Of a stretch of DNA of 60,762 nt, positions 28,104-35,952 are shown piece by piece. The position numbers and the translations under genes are program-made. How positions within the stretch are numbered: the stretch's first letter is position 1; each line of letters opens with the position of its first letter. The stretch covers positions 1 to 60,762 of the forward strand of contig JAWBSP010000002.1 in the NCBI GenBank assembly GCA_038842485.1. Direction: 5' to 3'. The notes under the pieces were generated by a model. It ran no database searches. It was not told where the DNA came from and saw only the letters and a list, made by a program, of their open reading frames with translations. This stretch comes from Candidatus Hadarchaeales archaeon. Lineage in GTDB: Archaea; Hadarchaeota; Hadarchaeia; Hadarchaeales; JAWBSP01.

Positions 28104-29308
28104 GGGAGAGGGGGTTCGTTTTCAGCCTAGATGCCGTTTTTGCCATCCTGCTTACAGCCTTGGTGGTGGCGGGAACGGTCAAGCTCGAGCTCCCAGGGCT
28201 GGGTTATGAGCAGCACGGATACCAGAGGCTCTCTAGGAGCGCCTCCGATGCCCTTCTTTGCCTTGAGAAGAGCGGAATCCTGGCCCAGGTGGCGACCCTG
28301 CTGATGAACGGTGAGAATGAGAATGCTGCTAGACTCGCCCGGGAGGCCCTGAGATCCCTGCTGTCGGAGGAGCTGCAGTTTAGGCTGGATGTTGCGGAAA
28401 ATGGGTTCTACATCACAAGGACGCAGTGGCGTAGAGTAGGCTGGAGGTGGGTTCCGTACACCGTGCAGGTCAACTGTCACCTTACAGTCTACCCCGACAA
28501 CCTTCGGGCGTGGGACAACGCTTTCTCCTCCCAGGGCGAGATGGCGGTAGCCTACAGGGTGACCACCGATTTTCTCATCCTAGAAAACTTCAGGGTACTG
28601 GCCTGGGTTGATGACAACAAGGAGAATGCCTTCGTGCATGAGGTTTGCCAGGGCTGGCTTCTCCCTTGGACAACTAACAACGAAGCGGAGTTCAGGAACT
28701 TGCTGGCGAGCGGGCCGGATGTGGTTTTCCTCCCCGATGTGAGCGTCCAGTGGAGTTCCACCACGGTCTGGGCTCTCTATGCAGGCAACAGCCAGGGCTC
28801 ATTTGGAGTGGTGGGAGGGGGGGAAACTGTGGCGGGGCAATCTATTTTCAATCGAATCACCTTGGGACGGATTTTTGGCGTGAGCTACCGCCGTACCGAA
28901 ACCAATTATGAAAATGTGAGAATAACTGACAACACCCATTACATCACCAGCGATTTCTCGGTGGGCGATGACGTGCCGTACGAACGCACCCTAAATCAGT
29001 ATAGGTACCGGCTCAGCAGGTGGGCTGCATCGAGGGTTCTAGCTCAGTCCTACTGGTCCGGTGGAAGGCGCCAGGAAAATGCAGCCATAATAGCGAGGGC
29101 AGAAAGTGCGAGGTGGTGGTGGAGGCAGCAGGGGAGGGCGGTTCTCTTCAACACGCGTTTGGCTCAGAGTGCCATGTACGACAACCTAGAGGTTCGGCAT
29201 CAGGAGTGGGTGATACTGGCAAGGAAGGCCATCGAGTGGGCGTCGAAAAAAGTTCCGCGGCTTCAGCCCGTTAGACTTTATGTGTGGAGGGGTGGTGAAC
29301 CTGACTGA
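28094..29308 (+). CDS. Large prepilin-like protein 6 (404 aa)
   Basis: 'MEIGERG FVFSLDAVFAILLTALVVAGTV', then a Trp/Asn/Arg-rich globular region. 10-nt overlap with the previous gene. Confidence 0.6.
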   Translation: MEIGERGFVFSLDAVFAILLTALVVAGTVKLELPGLGYEQHGYQRLSRSASDALLCLEKSGILAQVATLLMNGENENAARLAREALRSLLSEELQFRLDVAENGFYITRTQWRRVGWRWVPYTVQVNCHLTVYPDNLRAWDNAFSSQGEMAVAYRVTTDFLILENFRVLAWVDDNKENAFVHEVCQGWLLPWTTNNEAEFRNLLASGPDVVFLPDVSVQWSSTTVWALYAGNSQGSFGVVGGGETVAGQSIFNRITLGRIFGVSYRRTETNYENVRITDNTHYITSDFSVGDDVPYERTLNQYRYRLSRWAASRVLAQSYWSGGRRQENAAIIARAESARWWWRQQGRAVLFNTRLAQSAMYDNLEVRHQEWVILARKAIEWASKKVPRLQPVRLYVWRGGEPD

Positions 29309-29642
29309 CCAGAGGGGCTTCATCTTCAGCGGGCTCTCTCTGCTGCTCATCTTCAGCGTCATGATTTTGGTCTCGGCCTTCCTCGCCTCGCTGAAGGAGG
29401 GGAGCGAAGCGGCGGGGTTGCAGGTTCTGGGGAGAGAGGTGGTCTTTATTGGGGAGGACATAAAGTACAATCTGACCAGGCTCCAAGAAGCCGGGTATGC
29501 GGTCAGTGAGCTGCTTGAGAATATAGAGGAAAACTACCGGGCGAGCGGGCTACTGGTGTCACTGGAAAACGTGGGAGGTATCGTTCGAATATGCGTGAAA
29601 GATCTAAACTCCTCGGCGGTGTATGAGGGGCGGTGGCCATGA
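29280..29642 (+). CDS. Prepilin-like protein 7 (start uncertain)
   Basis: '..NLTDQRG FIFSGLSLLLIFSVMILVSAFL'. Overlaps the end of the previous gene. Confidence 0.5.
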   Translation: MCGGVVNLTDQRGFIFSGLSLLLIFSVMILVSAFLASLKEGSEAAGLQVLGREVVFIGEDIKYNLTRLQEAGYAVSELLENIEENYRASGLLVSLENVGGIVRICVKDLNSSAVYEGRWP

Positions 29643-30334
29643 GACTCTCCGAGTTCTTCAGGAGGATAGGGGAGGCAGTGTTGCATCCGAGGCTTCCGCG
29701 CGTCAGGCTCAGGCTCCCGCGATTCAAGTTGGAGAGAAAGGGGAGGAAGGAGGTCCCGAGGGTGCTCAGGGGTTTCTTTGAGGCCAGGCACGCCTGCTGG
29801 CCCGAGTACTTGGTCCTGAAGGCCCAGCTGGCTCTCCTCACCGCCTTCCTGCTTGCGATTGGAGGGGTCATTTACTCTGGCTGGCTCCTCCCCCTCTTGC
29901 TGGCCCTCCTTTCCGCCTACCTTCTCCACCTTCTCCCAGATTTCAGGGAGGCCTTCGGCAGCGACTACCAGGCCTACAGGGCTTTTATCCTCCTCTCCGT
30001 GGCTCTTCCTTGGACACTGCTCGTGCTCTTAAGGGCAAGGTTCTACTACTCCCCCTTCTTAGCTCTCTGTTTTCTGCTGGTCTCCTTCACTCTCTTCAGG
30101 GTAAAGTACGGGAGGGACTGGACTTACGGGACGGTGGAGTCGGTTCAGGGGAGGACGGTTTCCGTGAGGGTCGGGTACGATATAAGGAGCAATGTGGGGG
30201 CCGGGCTCCACGTGCTGCAGGCCCCCTTCAAGGTGAGGAGGGGCGAAAGGGTAAAGCTGAAAGTGGAAAGGCCTCTTTTAGGGTTAAGGGGTTCAAAGGT
30301 GGTCTCGATACTACAGAAAGCAGGTACTCGCTAA
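29639..30334 (+). CDS. Polytopic membrane protein with C-terminal beta-rich soluble domain (unknown family), last gene of the pilin operon
   Basis: ATGA overlap with the previous gene. Arg-rich N-terminus, about 4 TM segments, then 'YGTVESVQGRTVSVRVGYDIRSNVGAGLHVLQAPFKVRRGERVKLKVE'. Confidence 0.55.
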   Translation: MRLSEFFRRIGEAVLHPRLPRVRLRLPRFKLERKGRKEVPRVLRGFFEARHACWPEYLVLKAQLALLTAFLLAIGGVIYSGWLLPLLLALLSAYLLHLLPDFREAFGSDYQAYRAFILLSVALPWTLLVLLRARFYYSPFLALCFLLVSFTLFRVKYGRDWTYGTVESVQGRTVSVRVGYDIRSNVGAGLHVLQAPFKVRRGERVKLKVERPLLGLRGSKVVSILQKAGTR

Positions 30335-30544
30335 GCCCACCCGGTCGGCCGAAGGCCACTTAGACTTAAGAATCTGGACCGCCTGCTCTTTTGTATTCTC
30401 GATCTCTCCCGAAACGCCCGAACTCATGGAAGAGGAGGAGACAAGGAAGTTTGCAATTATACCTGCCAAAACTACTAGAAGTGCGGCAACGATAAGTAAA
30501 AACTCGATCGCGGTCTGTCCCCTACTTGGTTTAGGCTTTTTCAT
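30311..30544 (-). CDS. Flp-like small pilin (77 aa; candidate major pilin)
   Basis: 'MKKPKPSRGQ TAIEFLLIVAALLVVLAGIIANFLV' is very close to the bacterial Flp G/xTAIEYxLI motif. Short Ser-rich C-terminal part. Confidence 0.75.
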   Translation of the reverse strand: MKKPKPSRGQTAIEFLLIVAALLVVLAGIIANFLVSSSSMSSGVSGEIENTKEQAVQILKSKWPSADRVGLASTCFL

Positions 30545-30602
30545 TCTAATCAAAATAAAACAAACTAATCCAAAAGCCTGATCCTCTCCGGTAGCTAGGT
30601 GT

Positions 30603-30974
30603 CTAGGTTGTTACAGGGATGTCGGTATATACGTGTCCGGTGGGCTTGTGCCTTATCTGTACGACGTCCCCCGCTTGGTATCCGCCACCAGTAGTAAGTG
30701 TCAGCTTCTCACCCTCTGCAATTCTTCCAACACCCGCGGTCCAGCCAAGCAGCACCGTAGTACCCCTCATCACCCGGAATTCCCAATCTGCTTGGTTAAT
30801 CACTCCCGTCACCGAGGTTATGTCGAGCCGGATGTTGTTCTCATTGTCCAGTCTGGCGACAGCCGCTAGGGTAGGTGCTCCAGTAGTTCTAGTAACGTAG
30901 TAAACCGCCACTGCAACCACTACCAGCACTGCAGCCAAGATCAGGAGGTATTCGGTCGCCCCTTGAGCCCTCAT
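30603..30974 (-). CDS. Class III signal peptide pilin (123 aa)
   Basis: 'MRAQG ATEYLLILAAVLVVVAVAVYYV'. A strong GGAGGTGAT Shine-Dalgarno element 8 nt upstream of this ATG argues against the longer ORF start at 30992. Confidence 0.75.
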   Translation of the reverse strand: MRAQGATEYLLILAAVLVVVAVAVYYVTRTTGAPTLAAVARLDNENNIRLDITSVTGVINQADWEFRVMRGTTVLLGWTAGVGRIAEGEKLTLTTGGGYQAGDVVQIRHKPTGHVYTDIPVTT

Positions 30975-31012
30975 CTTTTTATCACCTCCCATTTTTGCTT
31001 AAATTGGTCTTT

Positions 31013-31930
31013 TTAAAAGCCTGTTGGTGCTATAAACCTGAGCACAAAGCCAGATCCCTTCAGGATGCCGATTGACATGAGCATAAACAAGGGTGCGAAC
31101 CTTAAGCCTTTCGTGGCGCTTCCGTACCTCACTATCCCCACCGCCACGGCGCAAATGAAGGCCTGAATCCCAGTGTAAACAGTCACCGGTAGGGCAAGTT
31201 CACCGATGGCTCCCCCCTCCCCTCCCATGCTTGTGATGGTGAAGCTCAGACCTATGACGAAGGGTGCGGCCATCACGGAGACCACCACCAAGAACAGAAC
31301 CTGCTGGGTGGTGACGGCTATGCGCTCCCTCTGGATGCTCCTGACCTCAATGGCGTCCGTGGCCACTGCCTCTAGGACATCCGCCAGCCCAGCGCCTCTC
31401 TCGATTCCCTCCACGAGCAGGCGGGAGGTTCGCTCGCAGAGCGGGGAGAAGGATCTCTTTCCGAAGGCGAGCAGGGCACTGGACAGGCTCCTCCCCTTCC
31501 TGACCTCGGCAACCACTCTCCCAAACTCCTGGGAAAGGGCCCCGTATTTTGACTTGGAAATTTCCTCTAGGGCCTCCTCCACTCCGACCCCAGCCCTCAG
31601 AACGCTCGCCATATGCCTTAAAGCGTCCGGCAGCTCTCTTTCAAGCTCGGTGGCACGCCTCCGGGCGAGCTGGTAGGGGATGAGTTGAACCAGGGTGATG
31701 AAGAGAACTGAGAAGAGCACTGGAATTAGGAGGAGAAGGCGCGGTGAAAGGAGAAGCGCCCCACCCACTCCCGCCGCAAAGGAGAGGAGGAGGGAGAGGA
31801 GGAGGGAGAGACCAGCAAACTCCTCCGCGGTGAAGGCCAGCCTGGTGGAGGCGAGCCTGCGGTCCAGATTGGCTAAGAAGTTCTCCGGAAGGAGTTTTTT
31901 GGCCACTGAGGCTATCCCCTTGGCCGCCAT
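31013..31930 (-). CDS. Type IV filament platform protein, TadC-like (single T2SSF domain)
   Basis: 'ELPDALRHMASVLRAGVGVEEALEEISKS..GALSQEFGRVVAEVRKGRSLSSAL' is the T2SSF (GspF/TadB/C/FlaJ) domain. TM segments flank it. Confidence 0.8.
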   Translation of the reverse strand: MAAKGIASVAKKLLPENFLANLDRRLASTRLAFTAEEFAGLSLLLSLLLSFAAGVGGALLLSPRLLLLIPVLFSVLFITLVQLIPYQLARRRATELERELPDALRHMASVLRAGVGVEEALEEISKSKYGALSQEFGRVVAEVRKGRSLSSALLAFGKRSFSPLCERTSRLLVEGIERGAGLADVLEAVATDAIEVRSIQRERIAVTTQQVLFLVVVSVMAAPFVIGLSFTITSMGGEGGAIGELALPVTVYTGIQAFICAVAVGIVRYGSATKGLRFAPLFMLMSIGILKGSGFVLRFIAPTGF

Positions 31931-31931
31931 C

Positions 31932-32987
31932 TCAGAGCCTCGGCTCCATCCTCCTTATGGTCATGACGAAGAGCAAGAGGAGGAGCGGCAGGAGGAAGAG
32001 CAGCATCATGGAGATCAGGGCTGGTGGCAGCATTGCGGCTCCAATCCTGCTCATGACGGTGAAGGCGATGATGAGCATGGCCGGCAGGACGGCAGAGGCG
32101 AACATGTAGAGGAGGCTGAAGAGGTTGAGCGACTGGGTGAAGTCCCGGAGCTTCATCCTGAGCTCGAAGGAGGTCTCGTTGGCCATGGAGGTTAGAATCT
32201 TTGCCAGATCACCCCCCGTTCTGAGCGTCCGCCTTATTTGCCTAAGGCTCCTCCGCAGGGGCATGGATTCGATTCTTTCCTCCAAGTTGCCCAAAGCCTC
32301 CTCAAGACTCATTCCCGCCTTCACGTCCTGGACCACCCTTCCGAACTCCTCCGAGAGCGCCCCGTAGTCCGCCTGGGAGATGGAGACGATGGCTTCAGGG
32401 AGTCCCACTCCGGAGTTGAGGCTGGTTGAGAGGTGCCTGAGGACGTAAGGGAGCTTCCGGTTGATGTCCACCACCCTCCCGAGGGCCTTCTTCTTGGGAT
32501 AGTTTCTGGCGTACATGAAAACGAAAATGAAGCCGAACATTCCGATGGGCAGGTTTAGGGGGAAGGGCAGGAAGAGGGAGCAGAGGAGGAAAATGGGGAT
32601 TCCCACCAGCATCGTCAGGGCCAGAACCAGCGCCAGGAAGACCTCGGGGGAGAGCTTGATGTTCGCCCGGTAGAGATCCCTCTCCAGCCCCTTGAACGAT
32701 CCGAGCATCCGCTGGGCTGGCTTTCTGAAGGGTGAGGTTAGGAAGTTTGTGAGGCGCTCGGAGAAGGGTTTTCTGAGTTCTGGTCTCCTTCTCAGCCACA
32801 TCTTCTCCTCCTCGGGCACCGGGGTGGGAGCGAGGATAGGGGCGGAGGCCCTTTTTATCTCCTCCAGCCTCTCCACCGCCTCCTCCTCGCTGGGTTTTCC
32901 ACCAACCGCTTCCCCCACCCTGAAGATTCCCGAGCCGAGAGTGGAGAAAAAGGAGAGGAGGACTCCCCTCTTCTTTCTCTTCGGCAT
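31932..32987 (-). CDS. Type IV filament platform protein, TadB-like (single T2SSF domain)
   Basis: 'KLPYVLRHLSTSLNSGVGLPEAIVSISQADYGALSEEFGRVVQDVKAGMSLEEAL' is a T2SSF domain. Its start shares one nt with the ATPase stop. Confidence 0.8.
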   Translation of the reverse strand: MPKRKKRGVLLSFFSTLGSGIFRVGEAVGGKPSEEEAVERLEEIKRASAPILAPTPVPEEEKMWLRRRPELRKPFSERLTNFLTSPFRKPAQRMLGSFKGLERDLYRANIKLSPEVFLALVLALTMLVGIPIFLLCSLFLPFPLNLPIGMFGFIFVFMYARNYPKKKALGRVVDINRKLPYVLRHLSTSLNSGVGLPEAIVSISQADYGALSEEFGRVVQDVKAGMSLEEALGNLEERIESMPLRRSLRQIRRTLRTGGDLAKILTSMANETSFELRMKLRDFTQSLNLFSLLYMFASAVLPAMLIIAFTVMSRIGAAMLPPALISMMLLFLLPLLLLLFVMTIRRMEPRL

Positions 32988-34573
32988 CAGTCGACTTCCT
33001 TCAGGACGCTCTTGGGCTCGAGGTAGTACCTCTGGATGATCTCTCCCACCTGCTGGATGTTACGAATGTTTTTCTTGAGGAGCCAGCCCAGAATCTTCTG
33101 CCTCTGCTTCATCTCTTGCTGCAGTTCCCTCAAGCTCATGCCCGAGAACTCAGAGATTATGCGCAGGGTCCGGCTTGGGACATTGGTGGGGCGGAGCTCG
33201 TCCGTTCTGGCATCCCAGACGTAGATCCTGCTCAGCTGAGGTCTCCCCGCCTCAAGCCCAGTAACCTCGGCTACTTCAGTTATCCTCCTGACTACCCCCT
33301 TCGTCTTGTGGTGGAGACGTTGTTGCATGATGATCAGATCTAGGGCCGGGATCATGATGGGGGGCACACTCATGGGGGGTTCGGTGAGGCGGGTGATGGT
33401 CTCGGCGGCTGAGTTGGCGTGCAGGGTGCCCATGCAGCCCTCATGGCCCGTATTCATAGCGGTGAACATAGTGAGGGCCTCCGGACCTCTAACCTCTCCA
33501 ACGATCAGCCTGTCGGGCCTCATCCGTAGGGCATTTTTCACCAAATCGTCCATGGTGATTTCCCCTCGGCCCTCAATGTTAGGGGGCCTTGTTTCAAGCC
33601 TAACCCAGTGCTTGTGTGGAAGCTGGAGCTCTGCCGTGTCCTCTATCGATATGATTCTCTCTCGCTCGGGGCAGAAGTTCACCAACGTGTTGAGGGTGGT
33701 GGTCTTTCCCGAACCGGTCCCACCCGAAATCAGGATGTTCGCTGGTTTCACCCCGAAGCCGTCCACCACCGACCAGAGGAAGGAGGCAACCTCAAGGTTA
33801 AGGGTTCCAAAGCTCAACAAGTCGACAACTGTCAGGGGGTCGGATCTGAACTTTCTGATGGAGATAGTTGGGCCGGCCAGCGAAACAGGAGGAATGGTAG
33901 CGTTCACCCTACTTCCATCTGGGAGTCTGGCATCGAGAAGGGGCACTTGTTGGTCTATCCTCCGTCCCACGACCCTCGCCATCTTCTCGATTAGGTAAAG
34001 GATCGAGTCATCGTCCTCGAAGACCACGTTGGTCTGGCACATCCCGTACTTGCGGTGGAAGACGTACACGGGCTTCCCTGTGCCTATCACTAGGATATCC
34101 TCGAGCTTGTCATCGGCAATCAGGGGATCCAGCGCTCCGTAGCCGAGCATGTCCCTAACCGCCAGCTCAGAGATTACCTTGACCCTTCCGGAGGGAACGT
34201 GAAGTTTTCTGGCCTCCTCCCCCGCTATCCTCAGTGTTTCCTTGAGGAAGACCTGTCTGAGTGCGGAGGGATCTGTGAGGTCGGGGTTTACCTTGATTTC
34301 TTCTGCGGCCCGTTCCTTTGTGACCTTCAGGAGTTTTTTCTCCGCATCGGTTAGCTGGGGGATGTGTAGTCTGTAAAGGGGTAGCACTTCTCCCTGTAAG
34401 GACAGGATTTCGCACTCCCCGTACTTCTCCAAGAGTTTAGCCCCGCGGGGAATCTCTGGTGCCTCCCAACCAGTGGGTTTCGTCTCAGCAGGTGCCTTGG
34501 CTTCTGAGGGGGCACCCTCTGCTGGAATTTCGGCAAGAATTTTGGATATATATCCCTCCCCTTTCTTGGCCAT
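32987..34573 (-). CDS. Type IV filament secretion ATPase (CpaF/TadA/VirB11-FlaI superfamily)
   Basis: Walker A 'ISGGTGSGKTTTLNTL', Asp box 'ISIEDTAELQL', Walker B 'DRLIVGEVRGPEA' and His box 'GHEGCMGTLHANSA'. Confidence 0.9.
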   Translation of the reverse strand: MAKKGEGYISKILAEIPAEGAPSEAKAPAETKPTGWEAPEIPRGAKLLEKYGECEILSLQGEVLPLYRLHIPQLTDAEKKLLKVTKERAAEEIKVNPDLTDPSALRQVFLKETLRIAGEEARKLHVPSGRVKVISELAVRDMLGYGALDPLIADDKLEDILVIGTGKPVYVFHRKYGMCQTNVVFEDDDSILYLIEKMARVVGRRIDQQVPLLDARLPDGSRVNATIPPVSLAGPTISIRKFRSDPLTVVDLLSFGTLNLEVASFLWSVVDGFGVKPANILISGGTGSGKTTTLNTLVNFCPERERIISIEDTAELQLPHKHWVRLETRPPNIEGRGEITMDDLVKNALRMRPDRLIVGEVRGPEALTMFTAMNTGHEGCMGTLHANSAAETITRLTEPPMSVPPIMIPALDLIIMQQRLHHKTKGVVRRITEVAEVTGLEAGRPQLSRIYVWDARTDELRPTNVPSRTLRIISEFSGMSLRELQQEMKQRQKILGWLLKKNIRNIQQVGEIIQRYYLEPKSVLKEVD

Positions 34574-34630
34574 CAAATTTTATTTCTCCCAAGGAAATAA
34601 ACCCAAAATTCTGGCAGGCAAAGTTTCTTA

Positions 34631-34717
34631 GCGGGGGTGCCTGAGCCTGGTCGAAAGGGCAGGACTTAAGATCCTGTAGCTGTAGAGCTCTCAGGGGTTC
34701 GAATCCCCTCCCCCGCA
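34631..34717 (+). tRNA. tRNA-Leu (anticodon UAA), no intron, CCA not encoded
   Basis: Acceptor GCGGGGG/CCCCCGC + A73. Anticodon arm CAGGA-CUUAAGA-UCCUG. Long variable arm. T-arm AGGGG-TTCGAAT-CCCCT. Confidence 0.9.
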
Positions 34718-34804
34718 CAAATCAAACTTTCGAGGTCCCCAAAAAATGATCTGGGGAAAAGTGTTTCCCGGGCATGTTTTTAGAAATTTCCTCCGAGGAA
34801 AGTG

Positions 34805-35551
34805 ATGATCAAGCTGGGATGTTGTGGTTGGGGATTTTACAAAGGGGGGCTGAAAGCTTACTCCCGCGAGTTTCAACTGGTTGAGGTTCAACAGACTTTT
34901 TATAAACTGCCCATGCTGAGAACGGCTCTCAAGTGGAGGGAAGAGGTTCCTGAGAGCTTCGAGTTCACCGTCAAGGCTTTCCAAGCCATCACCCACTCAC
35001 CCACCAGCCCAACATGGAAGAGGAGCGGGATAAAAGTGGAAGAAGGCAAGGAGAACGAGTACGGATTTCTTCGCCCAACATCCCAGAACCTGAGGGCTTG
35101 GGACCAGACTAGGGAGATTTGTGAGGCCCTCAAGGCCAAGATATGTGTCATCCAGTGTCCCCCCACCTTCAACTGCACGGCCGAAAACATCCGGAACATG
35201 AGGAAGTTCTTCTCCGAAATCGATCGTGGAGGACTCTTCCTAGCTTGGGAGCCCAGAGGCGACTGGAAAGATCACCCGAAAGAGATTAGAACCCTCTGCA
35301 GGGAGCTCGATCTGATTCATGTGGTAGATGTCATGAGGAGGGACTCCCTTTCGGAACATCCAGTTTTCTATACTAGACTTCACGGTCTGAATCCCCGAGA
35401 GTATGACTACAACTACAGGTACAAGGACGCGGAACTCCGCCAGCTGGCAAAGAAACTCCGGAGCCTTGAGGGATCCCACAGGGAGGTTTACTGCATGTTC
35501 AACAACTTCAACATGTACCAGGATACAAAAAGACTGATGAAACTACTGTAG
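34805..35551 (+). CDS. DUF72 (UPF0759) family protein
   Basis: 'MIKLGCCGW..Y..FQLVEVQQTFYKLP' and overall TIM-like pattern typical of DUF72. Confidence 0.8.
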   Translation: MIKLGCCGWGFYKGGLKAYSREFQLVEVQQTFYKLPMLRTALKWREEVPESFEFTVKAFQAITHSPTSPTWKRSGIKVEEGKENEYGFLRPTSQNLRAWDQTREICEALKAKICVIQCPPTFNCTAENIRNMRKFFSEIDRGGLFLAWEPRGDWKDHPKEIRTLCRELDLIHVVDVMRRDSLSEHPVFYTRLHGLNPREYDYNYRYKDAELRQLAKKLRSLEGSHREVYCMFNNFNMYQDTKRLMKLL

Positions 35552-35679
35552 GCATTGCTCCAACGAGGTTAGCGAGAAATTGATAGTGGACTGCTGTCGG
35601 GCATGCAAGCGTATATTACTCGTATTCACCTGCAACAAAAAACTCAAGCCCCTAGACGGGGGATGACGAAGAGAGCAGG

Positions 35680-35697
35680 GTGGCGAACGTTCGCCAC
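35680..35697. promoter_or_regulatory. 18-bp perfect palindrome GTGGCGAACGTTCGCCAC
   Basis: Read directly. The core GCGAACGTTCGC recurs at 35873-35884. Confidence 0.6.
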
Positions 35698-35871
35698 TTA
35701 AAGATTTCGGGAAAAGGCCCCCCGCGCCTCTATCATCTTCTAGAGCACCTAAAATCGGGGTCTGGTGGAGTGGGCTCACTACAGCGTTGTGGAACCAAGA
35801 GACTGGATGTCCTGTAGATAGCCGCTCCCGTCGAGAACTATGGCCAAGGTGGGTATCCACCCAACGTTAAA

Positions 35872-35885
35872 TGCGAACGTTCGCA
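35872..35885. promoter_or_regulatory. 14-bp perfect palindrome TGCGAACGTTCGCA, ~70 nt upstream of the SMC-like gene
   Basis: Read directly. Second copy of the GCGAACGTTCGC core. Confidence 0.6.
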
Positions 35886-35952
35886 AGCCCCGCTCTGGGG
35901 AGGGTAAAATGCCTGCGCCGAGAGCGATTTTTCCCCGTTCGTCTATAATCGG

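Noticed and set aside
35543-35950. Considered that the 400-nt gap encodes RNase P RNA or SRP (7S) RNA, or the 105-aa minus-strand ORF.
   Set aside because: I could not find the RNase P CR-I 'GGAAAGUCC' or CR-V elements, nor a closely spaced SRP Alu 'GGUG..CUGUAA' pair on either strand. The ORF is Ser/Pro/Arg/His-rich with no motif. The region is kept only as an 'unexplained non-coding' finding.
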